This document shows positions 12,055 to 26,530 of a stretch of 64,000 bases of DNA, piece by piece. Under the pieces are notes generated by a model. That model was not told the DNA's origin. It saw only the letters and a list, made by a program, of their open reading frames with translations, and did not search any database. Source of the DNA: Octopus sinensis (lineage: Eukaryota); NCBI RefSeq assembly GCF_006345805.1, contig NC_043002.1, positions 9,610,001 to 9,674,000 on the forward strand, written 5' to 3'. The number at the start of each line of letters is the position of its first letter. The stretch's first letter is position 1. The position numbers and the translations under genes were made by a program.

Positions 12055-13759
12055 AGAAGAGAAAGAAAAAAATTGTATGTATACATATACCCTGGCACTC
12101 TCATCTCTTCCCTCAAGCTGGTTAACCATGCATCTCCTCTACAGCAGCACACCTGTTTTTGCCCTCATTCTCTCTCTCTCTCTCTCCTGGATAACCATGT
12201 ACCATCCTCTATAGCAAGACACCTGTTTTTACCTCTCTGTTTCTCTATCACACTAATCTTTCATCATCTGACACAATATCACCTCCTCCAGTGCCCCCTC
12301 CCCTCTCAAAATTCCTTGTCTTACTTGGTGACCCTACTGGTGCCATGTAACAAGCATCCAGTCCACACTGAAGTGGTTGGCATTTGGTATAAAAACCAGG
12401 CCAAAACTGACCTTACTGTGCTGGTGAGGTCAGTTTTGGCTATATGAGCCATGGCTTGAGAAGGACCATTTTTATTTTTTTAATGAACTAAGTCTGAACT
12501 TACTTCTTCCTGATAGTATTTAATTTCTGTTCCATTTGAATAGCAATTAAATTCCATCAGGAGGAAGAAAAGTTTAAACTAATTTCATATTTCATTTCTG
12601 TTGTTATTGCTAATTGAGTAAGTGTATGTGTTTTGATTGCGACTGGAAATTATAAATGTAGGTATTATTTAAAAGGAAATTCATTCTGTCAGTTTCTGTC
12701 TATATGTTTTGGAATGATGTTGCTTGTTGTAGGTGTTGAAGATAGCCTTGTTCATATCTCAGTGGATAATAGACTTAAAGATGTAAAGCCAATTTGTCGT
12801 AATGGGCAGGTCATAGTTCCTGCACCTGGACATTTTTGGGGTTGTTGTTTAGTCCCAAATAAGTCTTATTGTGTGGACTTATGATCAAAGGTATTCAGCT
12901 AAGATCAACCAATTTTTTTATCAGGATGTTCTTTGTGGGAGGTTTGGCTGTCATTTCTAGAAACTCCCTCATTGGCTCACTTGGTATCTTGGTTTTTGGT
13001 TGCGAGGCATGATATTGCAAAATATAATCTTTAAATGCTACAGAGTTTGAAGATGTTTTGGTTAAAACACTGAACTTCCGTGTGGAAGTGCCTTCCTTTG
13101 CTTAAATGAACAAAGTTCTTGTTTACTGAAAAATATATTTGAATGAGTTTTTCTTTTGCCTAAAACACCCTGATATATGATTTTAAGTTACCAGAAAAAT
13201 GAAAGCTTGTTGATGCACAGTCTTGACACAATTTAGTAGCTATTATGGATGTTCTTAAAAGCGATATTTTGTTTGTATGGAATCCATTAAGTAAAATGTG
13301 GCTGGAAGGGTGGGATATTTAGAAACAAAATTATCAATGGTAAGCTGGAGAGTCAACTCTTTCAAAGCATGTTCTGTTTGAATTGGAAGCAAGATTCTGT
13401 ATGCACAATAGCATACTGTTGTAATGTGTGAGCTCTGCCTTTTCTATCTGGCGTCAATCATCACAGCTGTTTAATTAATAGGGATGGCAGCAATATTGTT
13501 ACTGTTTTCGAAAACCCAAGCTGGTGTGTTAATGGGTTGAGCATCTATGTTCTTACTTCCTTTCTATGTGACCAGTTAAATAAGTGTCTCTCTGCCATTG
13601 CTGAGTTTGAATGGAGACTGAAGTGCAATAAAATTACATTTGTCCTATCTGTGTATATATGTGTCACTAGAACTAAAATTAATCTAATCTTCTTATATAA
13701 AATAGATCTGTGTGTGGACAGTTTATTGGTTTCATCCCCTCTTTTCTTCATACTATCTA

Positions 13760-14290
13760 TTCTAATTATGAAGAAAACAGGATGAAACCAAATAACTATC
13801 CATAGTCTGTCTACCCTATGTGAAAGACCTCTCTCTAAAGATACAAAAGATATGCAGCCCATATGACATCAGGACAATATTCAAGAGTAATACAACACTT
13901 TGCAAATATCTCCTTCAAGTAAAACCACCATTAGAAGAGAATATGACCAAAGACTGCGTCTACTCCATCCCATGCAGCTGTGGTAGGTTACACAAAGGCA
14001 AAACATGCTGCCCCCTCAAAATAAGGGTAGAGGAACATCGCAAAGCTGTGATACGAGGAGATATTGATAAATCAGGTATAGCTGATCATGTGTGGGAAAA
14101 TGGAGACCACCTCTCCCTGTGGGATGAAGTTAAAATAACAGACAGAGAACACCACTGGAAAATATGGAAACTAAAAGCAGCAGCAGATATGCTAGGACAC
14201 AACAACCTCCTAAGCAGACTGAGTGCAGATGTGAGCAGCATATGGGAACCAGTATTAAGGAAGGATAGAAAATATTAGATTTATAAGCCC
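13760..14290 (+). mobile_element. Penelope-like GIY-YIG endonuclease fragment
   Basis: ORF 13820-14278: CVYSIPCSCGRLHKGKT..PLKIRVEEH..KSGIADHVW. Confidence 0.85.
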
Positions 14291-15382
14291 TAAAATTCAC
14301 TCCATAATTGCCCACGGGCACATGGCATAATGGTTAAGAGGGCAGGCTACTAACCCCAAAATTCCGAGTTCAATTCTAGACCTGAATAATAATTATAATA
14401 ACAACAACAGCAACATCGAAAAATACCTTAGGAACGAGAAGCCAGGTTGTGCTTGCAAATGTTAAAAAATGTGCTTGCTGATGTTAAAAAATAGCTAATG
14501 TTCAGAAATTGAAAAAAATCTTAAGTGAGCTTAACACGTTTTAGTACTGTTTTTGCTTTTTTATTCTGAAGAACCGTATATTATGTGTGAATACATTTTA
14601 CATTGTATTAACCATTTTAAATAGTTGCTAGTTTAGCTCTTTTCTAATGATCAAGTTTAGATGAAGTAAAAGATGCATTTTGCACTGATCTGGTAATATC
14701 TTATTTATATCAATATTTTATTATTTAAAATTTACATAAATAATTTAATAGATAATGTATATGTGAACATGATAAGGCCATTAATTTAAAGTTCATGCAT
14801 TTTCTTGTAATTAATAGACAGACATTCTAGTTTTATTCTGTGAAGGAGGGAAATTTAAGATAATATAACCCAAATTTGTTTCATCACCATTGTTTTAATA
14901 TTTACATTCCCAAGCCAGTGTAAGTCAAACAGGTTCTTCCTCTTATTGTCGTATGTCTGCTCTTGGTTATTTTTCGTCTGAAGACACTGGCTTTTGTTTA
15001 ATTCATTTGGAATTTCTGGTTTGCTTTTTAGTTCATTGTAGGTATTTTTTTTATTTATTCCATCCTATTTTCACACTCCTTTCTGTATGTCGGGACTGCA
15101 CATAATTTATTAATTATCGCCAGTTGTTTCATCTCACTTGAATGTTTTCATGTTCACGTTGTACACCTATCAGATTATACTTGTAATATTTAATTTCGAT
15201 CAAAAACAAGACCATCCACTTCTGTCCGTCTGCCAGTCAGTAATATTTGATTTTTATTGAAAGAAAATGGGGAAAAATCCTTTTGTTGGTTAATTCTGGT
15301 AGTTTTAGTGAATTTCAAGCTAGGCACTATACATTATTGCAAAAAGTTCTAATATTCTTTCACTCAGTAAATTATTTGAATA

Positions 15383-15682
15383 TCATCATCATCGTCGTCG
15401 TCGTTTAACGTCCGCTTTCCATGCTAGCATGGGTTGGACGGTTTGACTGTGGGCTGGTGAACCAGATGGCTGCACCAGGCTCCAGTCTTGATCTGGCAGA
15501 GTTTCTACAGCTGGATGCCCTTCCTAACGCCAACCACTCCGAGAGTGTAGTGGGTGCTTTTACGTGCCACTGGCATGGGGGCCAGTCAGGTGGTACTGGC
15601 AACAACCTCGCTCGAATTTTTTACACATGCCACCAGCACAGGTGCCAGTAAGGCGATGCTGGTAACGATCCCGCTTGAATGG
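15383..15682 (-). mobile_element. RTE 3' UTR copy with modules
   Basis: Conserved terminal segment plus module sequence. Similar copies lie at about 25135-25437(+), 30345-30550(-), 31180-31331(+), 40713-40930(-) and 43449-43758(-). Confidence 0.85.
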
Positions 15683-16039
15683 TACCTCTTACATTTGCTA
15701 TTTTTAGAACTTTCTTATCATAATTTATCTTTACAAAATTAAATTTCTAAACTAGTATACATGTTTTCAACTTTCTGCAGATGTTTTTTTTAGCTCCCCA
15801 ATAAATTGTAAAACTGTATGTATATTTCTGTAGGCATCCATATATATTCAATAAAGCAGTAAACTTAGTTCAATTCAAATGTGTAAATTATTAAGTACTC
15901 CACAAACAATTGTACCCTTAATAGGTACACATGCCTGTGCTGAATCAGTATGGCAGAGTACATGACAAGACTAGACCTTTGAATTACAGGCTCAACCCAT
16001 TCAACTGGCTTTTATATGGTTTCCTCTAACCATGGTGCC

Positions 16040-17990
16040 TTGAGATATCTTTCCATGTTGGAAAATAATACTTACTGTGAGAAGTTAATACAATGCAACC
16101 CACAGAAAACACTGAAAAACTTATCCTTCTTACTCCAAATTCATGGAAAGGGTCTCACTAAACTTGAAATAGACTATTTATCCAATTTTAAATACAGTCC
16201 TAGTCTGTTCTATAGATTACCCAAAATACATAAAAATCTACATGTTTGTGAAGCCTGCAAAGTCTCTACAAGCCTATGCATTAATGTACCTCCCCCTACT
16301 GACCTCAAACTGAGACCCATCATAGCTGGCCCTTCTTGTGAAACCCACCGTTTGGCGCCTCTTTTAATTGCTATTTAAAGGAGAACTGGAAGAAGTATTT
16401 GGATGATTGCTTCATACTTTGGAAAGACAGCATGGACAAACTCCTTGATTTCAAAATAATGCTTAACAACATACATAGCAATATACAATTCACTTTGGAA
16501 CACAACAGTAAACAACTCCCTTTTCTAGTCATCTTAATTAAAATAGTTAACAACCACATAGAAACAGACATCTTTTATAAACCCACAGATTCTAAACAAT
16601 ACCTATTATTTAACTCTGGCCACCCCAAACACAAAAAAATTAATATACCTTTTAATCTAGTGAAAAGAATCTGTACCATAGTTTTGGATACATATACTCG
16701 TGAACAAAGACTCCTTGAACTTAGATCAACACTAACTAAAAGACATTACCCAATCTCATTCATAAATGATGGCATTAAAAGAGCTAAGGAAATAGATATA
16801 CAAAGATTAAGGAAAACTAGCCGAAATACTAAACCAGACTTAAAAATACTCCCGTACATTTCCACACATAACCCTAGAAACAACGAAGCCTTCAACATTA
16901 TCACCCAAAATCTTCCCATCCTCACAGCAGACAATGAACAAAATTTTAAGCTCATACAAAATTATAAAAAGCAAAATGCAACCGAAGTCACTAAAAAAAA
17001 TGTTAAACAGCGCAAGAGCCAAAAGTGAAAAAATGTGGTCGTCCTAACTGTGGAGCATACCCCCACCTTTTGGAAGGTTCAGAATTCCACTTCAAACAAG
17101 GTGAAATAATTTGTGGTCTTGTGTCAAACTTAGAAATCGCCACCCTAATTATTATTAGGGTGGGAAAATGTTTCACAATATTTATGTCCCTTAACAAAAA
17201 TTCAACCGGTGTTGACTTCTCATGTTTTACAGTTCAAGAATTGTGTCTCTCACTCTGTTTGGTTAATTTGGTTGTAAATCTGATCCTAGCCTACTTGACA
17301 TCTTCAGTTCTTTTCAAGAAACTCGAGAAATTAATATTGTTCTTCTCTATTGATCAGAGTAAAATTATATTGTTATGCACATACAACTTGGCTAATTCCA
17401 TGTATTGTGTGGAGCATATACAATCTAAAAATCCAGAAAACCATTGCTTTCTAACTTCTAATGAATCCCATTTTCCCACTCAGTGTTACATATTAAAGGT
17501 CTGAAAGTAAAATCATACAACATCTCTCATATTCAGATTCATATATTTTCTTAACTTGAACCGTAAAAAGAAAATCTCTCTTAAAATTCATATGAATTTT
17601 TTGCGTAATGAGATAAAAAAAACCAAGGCTGTATAGATATTAAAGCATTTATAGATAGAAGGTCTTACAGCTGTTTCTAGAATATTAATTAATGATAATT
17701 CTAGAAACAGCTGTAAGACCTATCTATAAATGCTCTGATATCTATACAGCCTTGGTTTTTTATTTCATTAGGCAAAAAATTCATATATACTCACGCTGAC
17801 ATAGAACCAACGTTGAACCCTTTATTCGCAATATTACCGAACCTGGAACTTAATTATGGTCTGTCTATAGCACTTATTCAGCATTACCTGATACCTTTGG
17901 GTCTCAATGACACCATTATCTCCTATAACCTCTTAAAATTCATAGTAATGTATTCTTCTTCAACCATAAATTATTTCTAATCTCATGATT
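16040..17990 (+). mobile_element. Rearranged Penelope-like element (RT with internal deletion, CxxC, inverted segment, foldback pseudo-LTR)
   Basis: FYRLPKIHK...LRPIIAGPSCETHRL; (Y)DDCFILW...LPFL..ETDIFYKPTDSKQYL..HP; KCGRPNC. Inverted repeat at 17590-17786. Confidence 0.88.
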
Positions 17991-18081
17991 ATCTGCTTTT
18001 GTTATGATATAGATAAGTCCCTTCAATTATATATTTTCTTTCTTAATCTTTTAATAACTGTTCCTTTGTTTTCCATTTCAG

Positions 18082-18242
18082 ATTGCCAATACACATGTCA
18101 TAAAACTTGTCGACAGCTAGTGACATTAGACTGCGCTAATAACTTACCTAATTCCATGTCAGATGGTTCCATAGAAACCTCTTTATCAGAACCAGCTTCT
18201 ACACCTGGTAGCAACAGTACAGTTTCTGATACATTATCCAAT
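18082..18242 (+). CDS. RASSF1: Internal exon of a RASSF1/3/5-like gene: second half of the C1 zinc finger plus Ser/Thr-rich linker
   Basis: Acceptor ttccatttcag|AT and donor AAT|gtaagt; phase 1 to 0. Translates CQYTCHKTCRQLVTLDC..., matching the RASSF1A C1 half CKFTCHYRCRALVCLDC as I recall it. The symbol denotes the family; orthology is untested. Confidence 0.88.
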
Positions 18243-18824
18243 GTAAGTAGATTTGTGTTGAATATTTTTCTAAAAATCATTCTCTGTTTTTCAATCTTTT
18301 GATGCTGTTTGATGCCCAATTTGCTAAAATACACAGAATAAACACACAAACAATTTTACATGATGTAAAATCTATATGCAATGTTTAATGCTACTTTTTT
18401 TTTTGCTTGGAAACAATCACAATTCTAATGTTTCTTTTGGAACAAAGATTGATAAAAATAGAACTGTTTTTCTAAATTCAAATAGAATGAAGAACATCTG
18501 GCTTTACGATTCTTCTAGAGTTGTTGGAAATGGCAGTAAGAAACTCAAGATTTAGATGCTGCCAGGGCAACTGCTATTATGATCTTCATAATAGCGGCTC
18601 ACAGCTGGAAGCGGCTCTAGATAGGCTTCTTATGTTCTTGATCTTGTTGTAGAGGTGCATAAGTCATATACTGGGAAAATGAATATTAAATGAATTGATC
18701 GCTTTATGGATTACTGTCTATAAAAAGAAGAGTTTATGGTCTCACCAGGGCTTATTGTCTCATTGTACTTGGTCCTCTTAGTTTTGTGTTGGAGATACTT
18801 CTCAGTGCAAGATAATAATTTATA

Positions 18825-19175
18825 CTCATCTTTAAATGACTGAACTAGACGTCTGCGTTGGCTGGGTCATGCCCTCCGTCGTCAACCAGGAGAATTCATC
18901 TACGAAGCAATTGCCCCAGCTCCCCTTCAGGGTTGGCGAAAGCGATGTGGTGGACAACGAAAAACCTGGCTGACGACAGTCAAGGCTGATCTGGAACCCA
19001 ACCTAGGCCCTCATATCTATGGCGTTCGCCGCTGGAATAAGGAGTGATTGGAGATCACGCGGTCGTTAGCCTCAAATCACCAGGTCTGGTTGGCGTTTGT
19101 GAGAGATGCAGCATTGACGATGAATGAAGCCAGCTCAACCCACCCCGGGTGAATGCTGTAAGAAGAAGAAGATAT
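18825..19175 (+). mobile_element. RTE LINE 3' end (second family) with (GAA)n tail
   Basis: RRLRWLGHALRRQPGEFI...GGQRKTWLTTVKADL. Confidence 0.8.
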
Positions 19176-20999
19176 GTTGAGTGATGAGAAACAAGAAGAA
19201 CAACTATTCTTAACTGTATTCAGTTATCCGAGGTAGCCTAACTTGATGCTTTGCCTAGAGTACTTTTTCGAAGTCTCTTTTTTATATAGAGAGTTTTAAG
19301 ATTGCTCTACAGTTGATTGCAAAAGTAGGATGTAAATTTGACTAACTACATTATGGAGGGGGAGCGCTAAGCAGTGATAAGTAAAGTTGCAATGCTATTT
19401 TCAGTCCAAATATGCTTGATGCATTTTGGAACTGGGGAACAAGATGTTCACTGCATTTTCTCATGGAAAATATATCCTTTTTGTTGACAAATGGTGTGTA
19501 TACACCTAAATCAGCTCGCAGTGCCATCTACCTAGACTGAGATGCTAACATTTTGGAGTAGTTATCTCCTCATCAGTTACAGACACTAGGCAGATGACAC
19601 TATGAGCTGAATAAGGAGATTAGTTCTCTTATGCTTTTCCAGTCACTGTATGATGACTGGTAGCACTATACGGTGGCTTACCGTAAGTAAATTATGGAGG
19701 GGGAGCACTAAGTACTGATAAGTAAAGTTGTATTGTTATTATCAGTCCGAATATGCCTGATGCACATTCAAACTGGGGAACAAACTAACTACTCACTGCG
19801 TTTTGTCATTGAGAATATATCTTGCTTATTGACAAATGGTGTGTATATACCTAGATCAGCTCTCAGCCTCTTACTTCAGCTTGTATTGTTGTCTGCCTGG
19901 TATCTGTGACCAATGAGGAGGTAACTACTCCAAAATGGAGAATTAGAATTAGAATCAGTTCACCATTTTCCCCTTCTTGAGCACCATGGACCTTGGCTTA
20001 GCAGACTTGAAATTCACCCTTGCTTAGGTGATAAATTTCTCAAGTCTCTGTGAAATTGATGCTGCTGTGATGGTGTTGCCAGTCCTAAATGCTTTCATTA
20101 CAGTGTCATATTTTAAGCTTGGACAAGGTTCCTCTGCTTGTCACCTTTTGTATCTTGGCTATCAAGTTTATGGCAGGGGTGGGGAACATGGTATAACTAG
20201 GGCAGTGAGCTGGCAGAATCGTTAGCACGCTGGGCGAAATGCTTAGCAGTATTTCGTCTGCCGCTATGTTCTGAGTTCAAATTCTGCTGGGGTCGACTTT
20301 GCCTTTCATCCTTTTGGGGGTCGATAAATTAAGTACCAGTTATGCACTGGGGTCAAGATAATTGACATAATCTGTTTGTCTGTCCTTGTTTGTTCTCTCT
20401 GTGTTTAGTCCCTTGTGGGTAGTAAAGAAATAGGTATAACTTATTCCCTTTTCAAAGTTGATGCCAATTTGATGGTTCTGACCTAGCAGTGACCTCAACT
20501 GGAACTTATTGTATTAATCCAGGATCTGGATTTTAATCTTATTAAGAATATGGTAATGATGCAGTGAAAGCTCATCCAGTGTGTGTGTGTGTGTCTGTGT
20601 GTGTGATAAGTGGTATGGATCCATTGGTCATTGGTTTGTTTGATAAGGCATTGGCCATATCAAATCACAGAATGATTAGGTCAGTCCTGTTCCTATAGCC
20701 TTTTCTGGTGAACTTCATAACCATTCCAGTGTACTCCAGGCAATAAGAAACCTTGAGGATTTCACCCTTATACACTGATGATCCAAATGCAGTGGATTTT
20801 AAAGAGAAATTCACTCAATACTCAGCAGTGAAATTGGCCAAAGCTGATTGATACACACAGCTTTACTGTATGTAATGAGGTGAGTGAGATGGAGTGGCTG
20901 ATGAAAGCTTTATTGGTTTCAGGTCCTTGTTCTCTCATCAGATGGTTTAATATGACACGAAAGACGCAGTTTACTTTGTGTTGAGCAATTTACTTTCTC

Positions 21000-23270
21000 T
21001 ATTAATTGTTTGGTGAAGCCAAAGGGATTGACAACAAATACAGCCCACACCCTGGCTGTTTTAGTTCCTTCTCATTTCCTTTTGCAGAGGGTCAAGAGTC
21101 ATTTCTTTTGGATGTTTCACAGGTCAGCCAAAGCTTGTTTCTCCTCTTCGGTGGAAGTCATATCTTGCTTCTTGAGGTTTCTTACTTATCCATACTTTTG
21201 TTCTTTGCTCAATTAGCTCTAAGGTCCTTTGGTTCTAGACCTTGCTTTCATACCTGAAATGTCTCTAGTTCTAGTAGTGATTCAGCAATAAGAACAATGT
21301 CATAGACATAGAGGTGTTCCCAAGGGTAACTAGTCTTAAATTCCTCAGTTACAGCTTGGAGGACCATGGTAAATAAGTGGAGGCTAAGAACTGAACCCTG
21401 GTGGACTCCTACATATACATTAAATTCCTCTCTATACTCATTGGTAACTCTCATCTTTCTAACAGCACTCCTGTACATAGCTTGTACAGCTCTCACTAAC
21501 CACTCACCTATCCCCAGCTTCTGCATTGCCCACTAGATAAGGGAGTGGGGGGATCCTTTCAAAGGCTTTCTCCATCTCAACAAAAGCCAGAAACAGAGGT
21601 TTATTTTTGGCCAAGTATTCCTCCTGCAGTTGCCCCACCAGGAAGATAGCACCGGTGGTGCTTCACAAATCCAAACTGCATCTCATCTATGCTAACTCTC
21701 TTACTAATTAATTGAGCTATGAAACTTTCTGCAACTTTCATCACCTGATTCGGCAATACGATACCTTTGTAATTATTTCTGTCTAAGGCATCACCTTTGC
21801 CCTTGTAGTAGTTGACTACAATGCTGCTACACCAATTATTGGGTATGACTACCTTGTGGACAACCTGATTAACTATACAGGTGACCGGGTTATAACCCAA
21901 CTCACCAGAGATTTTAAGCATCTCATCCTTGATGGGCTGGAGGCCTTTCCTGTCTTCATATCCTTAACTGCTTTATCTACTAAGCTACAGTTGATTTAAA
22001 TAGCTGGCCCCTCTGTTGGGCAGGCTCTCCTTCTCCCATGCATTCTCTACATTTAGCAGCCTTTCATAGTTGCACTTCTAAACCTCCTTCTTTGCAGAAT
22101 CACTAACTGTGAGTGAGCCATCATCCATCCAAACTCATTTCTCACCTACCACATCACAATTTTCTCTGACACACTGTCTTGCAATCCGAAACACTCCAAG
22201 CCTCTGGTCCTCGTGATGCAGAACATTGGCAAACTTCCTCCTCCACTTCTCAGTTAGATACACCTGTCTTCTCGCCTCCCTCCTACCTACCTGATATATA
22301 CCCTGCTACCATCACTCTTCTAGTTCTGTTTCTTTGTTCTAATGACCCTGTCTGCAGCATTGTTCCACCACATCACTCTTTGTGCCAGCTGCAGGTTTGG
22401 TTTGTGGCACTCAGCAAGCTGTCCCACAGGAATTCCCAGTTGCCCTCTATGTTACAAGTCTGTAGTTAAGTTTCTCAATTATGGTGTCCCTAAATATCTC
22501 TAACCATATAAGGGATCCTTAAGCTTCTAGATCCTTCTTTTCCAGCTTGGTCTGCTTCTTAGCAACCTAAAATCACTGATGACTAGTCTTTGCTGGTGGA
22601 TGGGGTACATTATTCACTAGGGAAGATCTTTGTGGTCACTTGATTGATAGATAACTGGCTGGCTTCCTGAAGTTTGTGTTGCAGATCATTAAGTTATTTG
22701 CATCACAGAACTCCAGTAGCCTTGTTCCCTCTTTGTTTTGGAAGCCAATTTCATGGCCTCAACCTCAATGTACTCCATTGAAATCACCAGCTATAAAGAT
22801 GAGGTCATTATCATTTATCTTTGAGGTAGCCTGCAGAAAATATCATAAAAGTGGTCCTTTTGTTCATTTGGTAGCCTCACTTGGAGAGTATATGCAAAGA
22901 TAATTGTTGCTGTATTTTTCCACAAAACTAGCCTGAGCTTAAGTACTCTATCACACACTGACTACCTCTATGACCTTAACTCATTTCTCTGTGAGAAGTA
23001 TGCCCACACCACCTACCTTGTCACTGTTACACCTGTGTCGTGCCCATAAGGAACTTGGCTGAAGCTCCCCTCCACCTTACTTCTTGAATACAACATGCAT
23101 CAACATATCTCCATTCAAACAATTGAACACTCTTGCCAGGCCTACCTTTCAATGTGCCTGCATTAACAGTGTCAACTCTGAAAAACTGGAAATGGATGCG
23201 GGAGGAAGCATGGGAAGTGGGGATGGCATTCAGCATCTGAAAAGAAGGTTTCAATTAGTATTTCATCTAT
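21000..23270 (-). mobile_element. Decayed near-full-length RTE ORF (AP endonuclease to RT)
   Basis: TVNAGTLKG..CIQEVRWRG; VIPNNWCSSIVVNYYKGKGDALDRNNYKGI; GVHQGSVLS...YVYDIVL. Confidence 0.9.
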
Positions 23271-23336
23271 CTTCATTCAGTCATGTTAAAATTGCAGCCC
23301 CTATTGGAAGTGAATATATATGTGTATGTGTGTATC

Positions 23337-23720
23337 ATGGTCATTTAATGTCTGTTGTCCATGCTGGCATTGACTGGACAGTTTGACCAGAGCTGGCCAG
23401 CTGGTGGGTGGGTGGGTTGCACCAGACTCTAGTCTGATTTGGCATGGTTTCTACTGCTGGATGCCCTTCCTAATGCCAACCACTTCACAGAGTATGTTGG
23501 GTGCTTTTACACAGCACCACATGAGCACTTCTATGTGGCACCATCATGAGTGCTTTACACCAACAGAGGAACTGGTCTTGACACTTCTGCTGCAGAGTAC
23601 AGGTCTTCTTGAGTACGACACGCGGCATCTCAATCCTTTGTCATCTCATCTGAAAGGTTCAGCATCCTGAGGTCATTCTTCCGTACTTCATCTTCATATT
23701 GATGAATGTGAACCTGGAAC
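23337..23720 (-). mobile_element. RTE 3' end: ORF C-terminus joined to the UTR and terminal segment
   Basis: Minus strand EVRKNDLRMLNLSDEMTKD followed by the AGGAAGGGCATCCAGC segment. Confidence 0.75.
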
Positions 23721-23739
23721 TGAGCAAAATGTAAGTGAA

Positions 23740-25813
23740 GAAAGCTGTTCAAATAACGAATTGAAACCGTGGCCTACTCGCAAGTACGATGTAAGTTATT
23801 TAAGCTTTGGTTTCACATGGACTGGAAGTGAAGTTCATCCTTTGCTGCTATGTTTAGTATGTGGAAATAAAATGTCAAATGAATCATTGCTTCCTAGTAA
23901 ACTGGACAAACATTTGAAAACTAAACATTCTCATTTAAAAGGTAAATTTGCAAATTATTGCAAGAGATTGCCTGGACAGCAAACTAAAGCGGAAAATTCT
24001 TTCATAAATAAAATGATTGTCTCTGAGAAAGCTCAAATTGCTTCCTACCAAGTCTCAGAACTGATAGAACAAAATACGAAAGCTCATACTATAGGTGAGT
24101 CACTCATTTTGCCTGCATGCAAAAAGATAGTCTCAACAATGCTTGGGAATGAAGCAGCAAAAGAGAAAAGCAAGATTCCACTGTCAAATGATTCAGTTCA
24201 CAGGCGCAGTTTAGAAATGTCTTCTGATATCAAGAAAAATGTATGTAGTAATAAACTTAAGTATTCACCTTTTGCATTGCAAGTTAATGAGTCAACAGAC
24301 ATCACCAACAAGGTGCAACTCTTAGCAGTCATTTGTTTTATCAATGAGGATAAAATTGCATAGAATTAAGTGTTACTACGAAATGAGAGGACATTTTCAA
24401 CGTTCTGAATACTACTTTGATAAATGGTAGTTATCTTCATCACTCACTGCTTTCTTCACAGAGAGGTGTTGATGGTAAAAACATTAGGAGTGGAACTAAA
24501 AGAAGTTTTAGATCAAGTTGTTCAGATGGTGAACTTTATTAAAACAAGACCAGTTTTGTACCATTTATAGATTCTCAACACAAACAGCTTCTTTTACACA
24601 CCGAAGTAAAGTGGCTGTCAAGAGGAAAAGTACTTACTCGTGTACACGAGCTATCGCATAAACCTCTTGTGTTCTTTGAAGAAATGAAACAATCTAATTT
24701 TTGTGACCTTCTTCATTCTGAATTTTGGATTGCCAGGTTACAGTTTTTGGCCAATATATTTCAGCAGCTCAATATTTTAAGTACAAGCCATGCAAGGGAA
24801 AGAAGAAAACATTCTAATGTCCACTGAACAAAATGAAAGCTTTCCAAAGAAAACTTAAGATTTGGAAACGGAAAGCTGTCAAAGGGAATTTGGAAATGTT
24901 TCCTTTGTTAAATCAAAGTGAAACAGGCATAAATGAAACACTCCCGTTAATAGTTGAGCATTTAGTAAGTTTATAGGAAAAATTGAGTTCATATTTCCCA
25001 TCACTGAAAACTGAACAATATGACTGGATCAAAAACCCATTCGTGGAAACTTCCAATGATTTTGAATTAACATTGATAGAAGAAGAGAAACTCGCTGCTA
25101 TATCTACCGACTGTTTATCTATTACTGATTAATGATGCACCATCCGTTCGTGGCTGTTGCCAGCCTCGCCTGGCCCCTGTGCCGGTGGCACGTAAAAAGC
25201 ACCATCCGTCCGTGGTCGTTTGCCAGCTCCGTCTGGCACCTCTGCGGGTGGCACGTAAAAAGCACCCACTACACTCACGGAGTGGTTGGCGTTAGGAAGG
25301 GCATCCAGCCGTAGAAACACTACCAGATCAGACTGGGCCTGATGCAGCCTTCTGGCTTCACAGACCCCAGTTGAACCGTCTAACCCATGCTAGCATGGAA
25401 AATGGACGTTAAACGATGATGATGATGATGATGATGAAACACAAGAAATTGTCACTTGAAGCTTTCTGGATTTCTGTAAAAGATGAATATGTTTTGATTT
25501 TTAAAATACCTCTTACAATTCTGCTGCAATTTTCAACTTCATATCTATGTGAATTGGGATTTTCCACTCTTTCTACCATCAAGTACAAAAGGCAAGGAAC
25601 ACTTACATGCATTGATTAAGAAATATGAGTTTGTCTTTCAAACATACGCCCAAACATTGAAGAAATTGCCAAGACACATCGAGCTAATGCTTCCTACGAA
25701 CTCAAGAATAAAGAATCTTAAGATATGTGCTATTTTCGGTTATTTAGCTTAGAAATTTGTACATGGTGCACCCACAATTATTTGTAGGGGTTCAAAGGAG
25801 TTGAGAACCACTG
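23740..25813 (+). mobile_element. Decayed hAT transposon (Buster/Charlie, ZBED5-like), interrupted by an RTE UTR copy at 25135-25437
   Basis: CLVCGNKMSNESLLPSKLDKHL; FALQVNESTDI; HTEVKWLSRGKVL; STSYLCELGFS dimerisation motif; terminal ttgagaaccactg (reverse complement of CAGTGGTTCTCAA). Confidence 0.9.
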
Positions 25814-26530
25814 TGCTAAACCCGCCTAAAATTATCTGTAGAAAACTTGTTACATATATGAATGCCTGACCTCAGGAAGAGGACATTTGTAGACTCTGTG
25901 CCAAACCATATTCAGAGGAGGATTCACTCTGTAATCGAATGAGACACTCATCAGTTAGGCACTGCTCACAATATTTAGTTTTATCTACGAAGTGTATGTA
26001 TTTTGCTTATTATTTTATATATTATATATTTTACAGCCAGTTAGAATTAAGTATCTTAGCTGTGGATAACCTGCTGTGGCTGTGACTGGGTATGAATTAT
26101 GGACTCTTTAATCAGTTGGCCAACATCTTAGTGATTTAGGATGATTGCAACACCTCCTCTCTGTCTCCATTCAAATGAATATGTTCTACTTGTTACACTG
26201 TTCTTCATGACACACACACCTATCTCAATTCTTTATACAAAACAACTTGATTAATCTCTTAGTCACCCAAGAATTTCCTTAGAATGCTCTTTTTCGCTTT
26301 AAGCAGATTTTTACCTGACAAAGCATCCTAAAGTGGTGAAATGTAGAAAATTTGTTTTATATATGAATCTGTAACCTCAATTGAAAAAGAACATTTATAG
26401 ATTGGTAGAGTTCATTTGAAAGTAAACGTGCTTCTTAGAACTTAATATCTTCTCAACAATTCTTCTATAAGTGAGATTTTCTTTTGTTCATCTTCATTGA
26501 AGTGTTATATTATTTCTACAGAACAGAGCA

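Noticed and set aside
1-18081. First half of the C1 domain exon
   Set aside because: No HxF...WCDxC-type exon with a phase-1 donor was found by eye; it probably lies upstream of the window.
19345-19867. Diverged ~175-bp direct repeat (about 19345-19520 and 19691-19867)
   Set aside because: No open frame; the minus strand weakly resembles RT remnants, so it is probably old LINE debris.
20898-20945. CTGATGA on both strands with a GAAAC between them
   Set aside because: No stem III/NUH or stem I complement; not a complete hammerhead.
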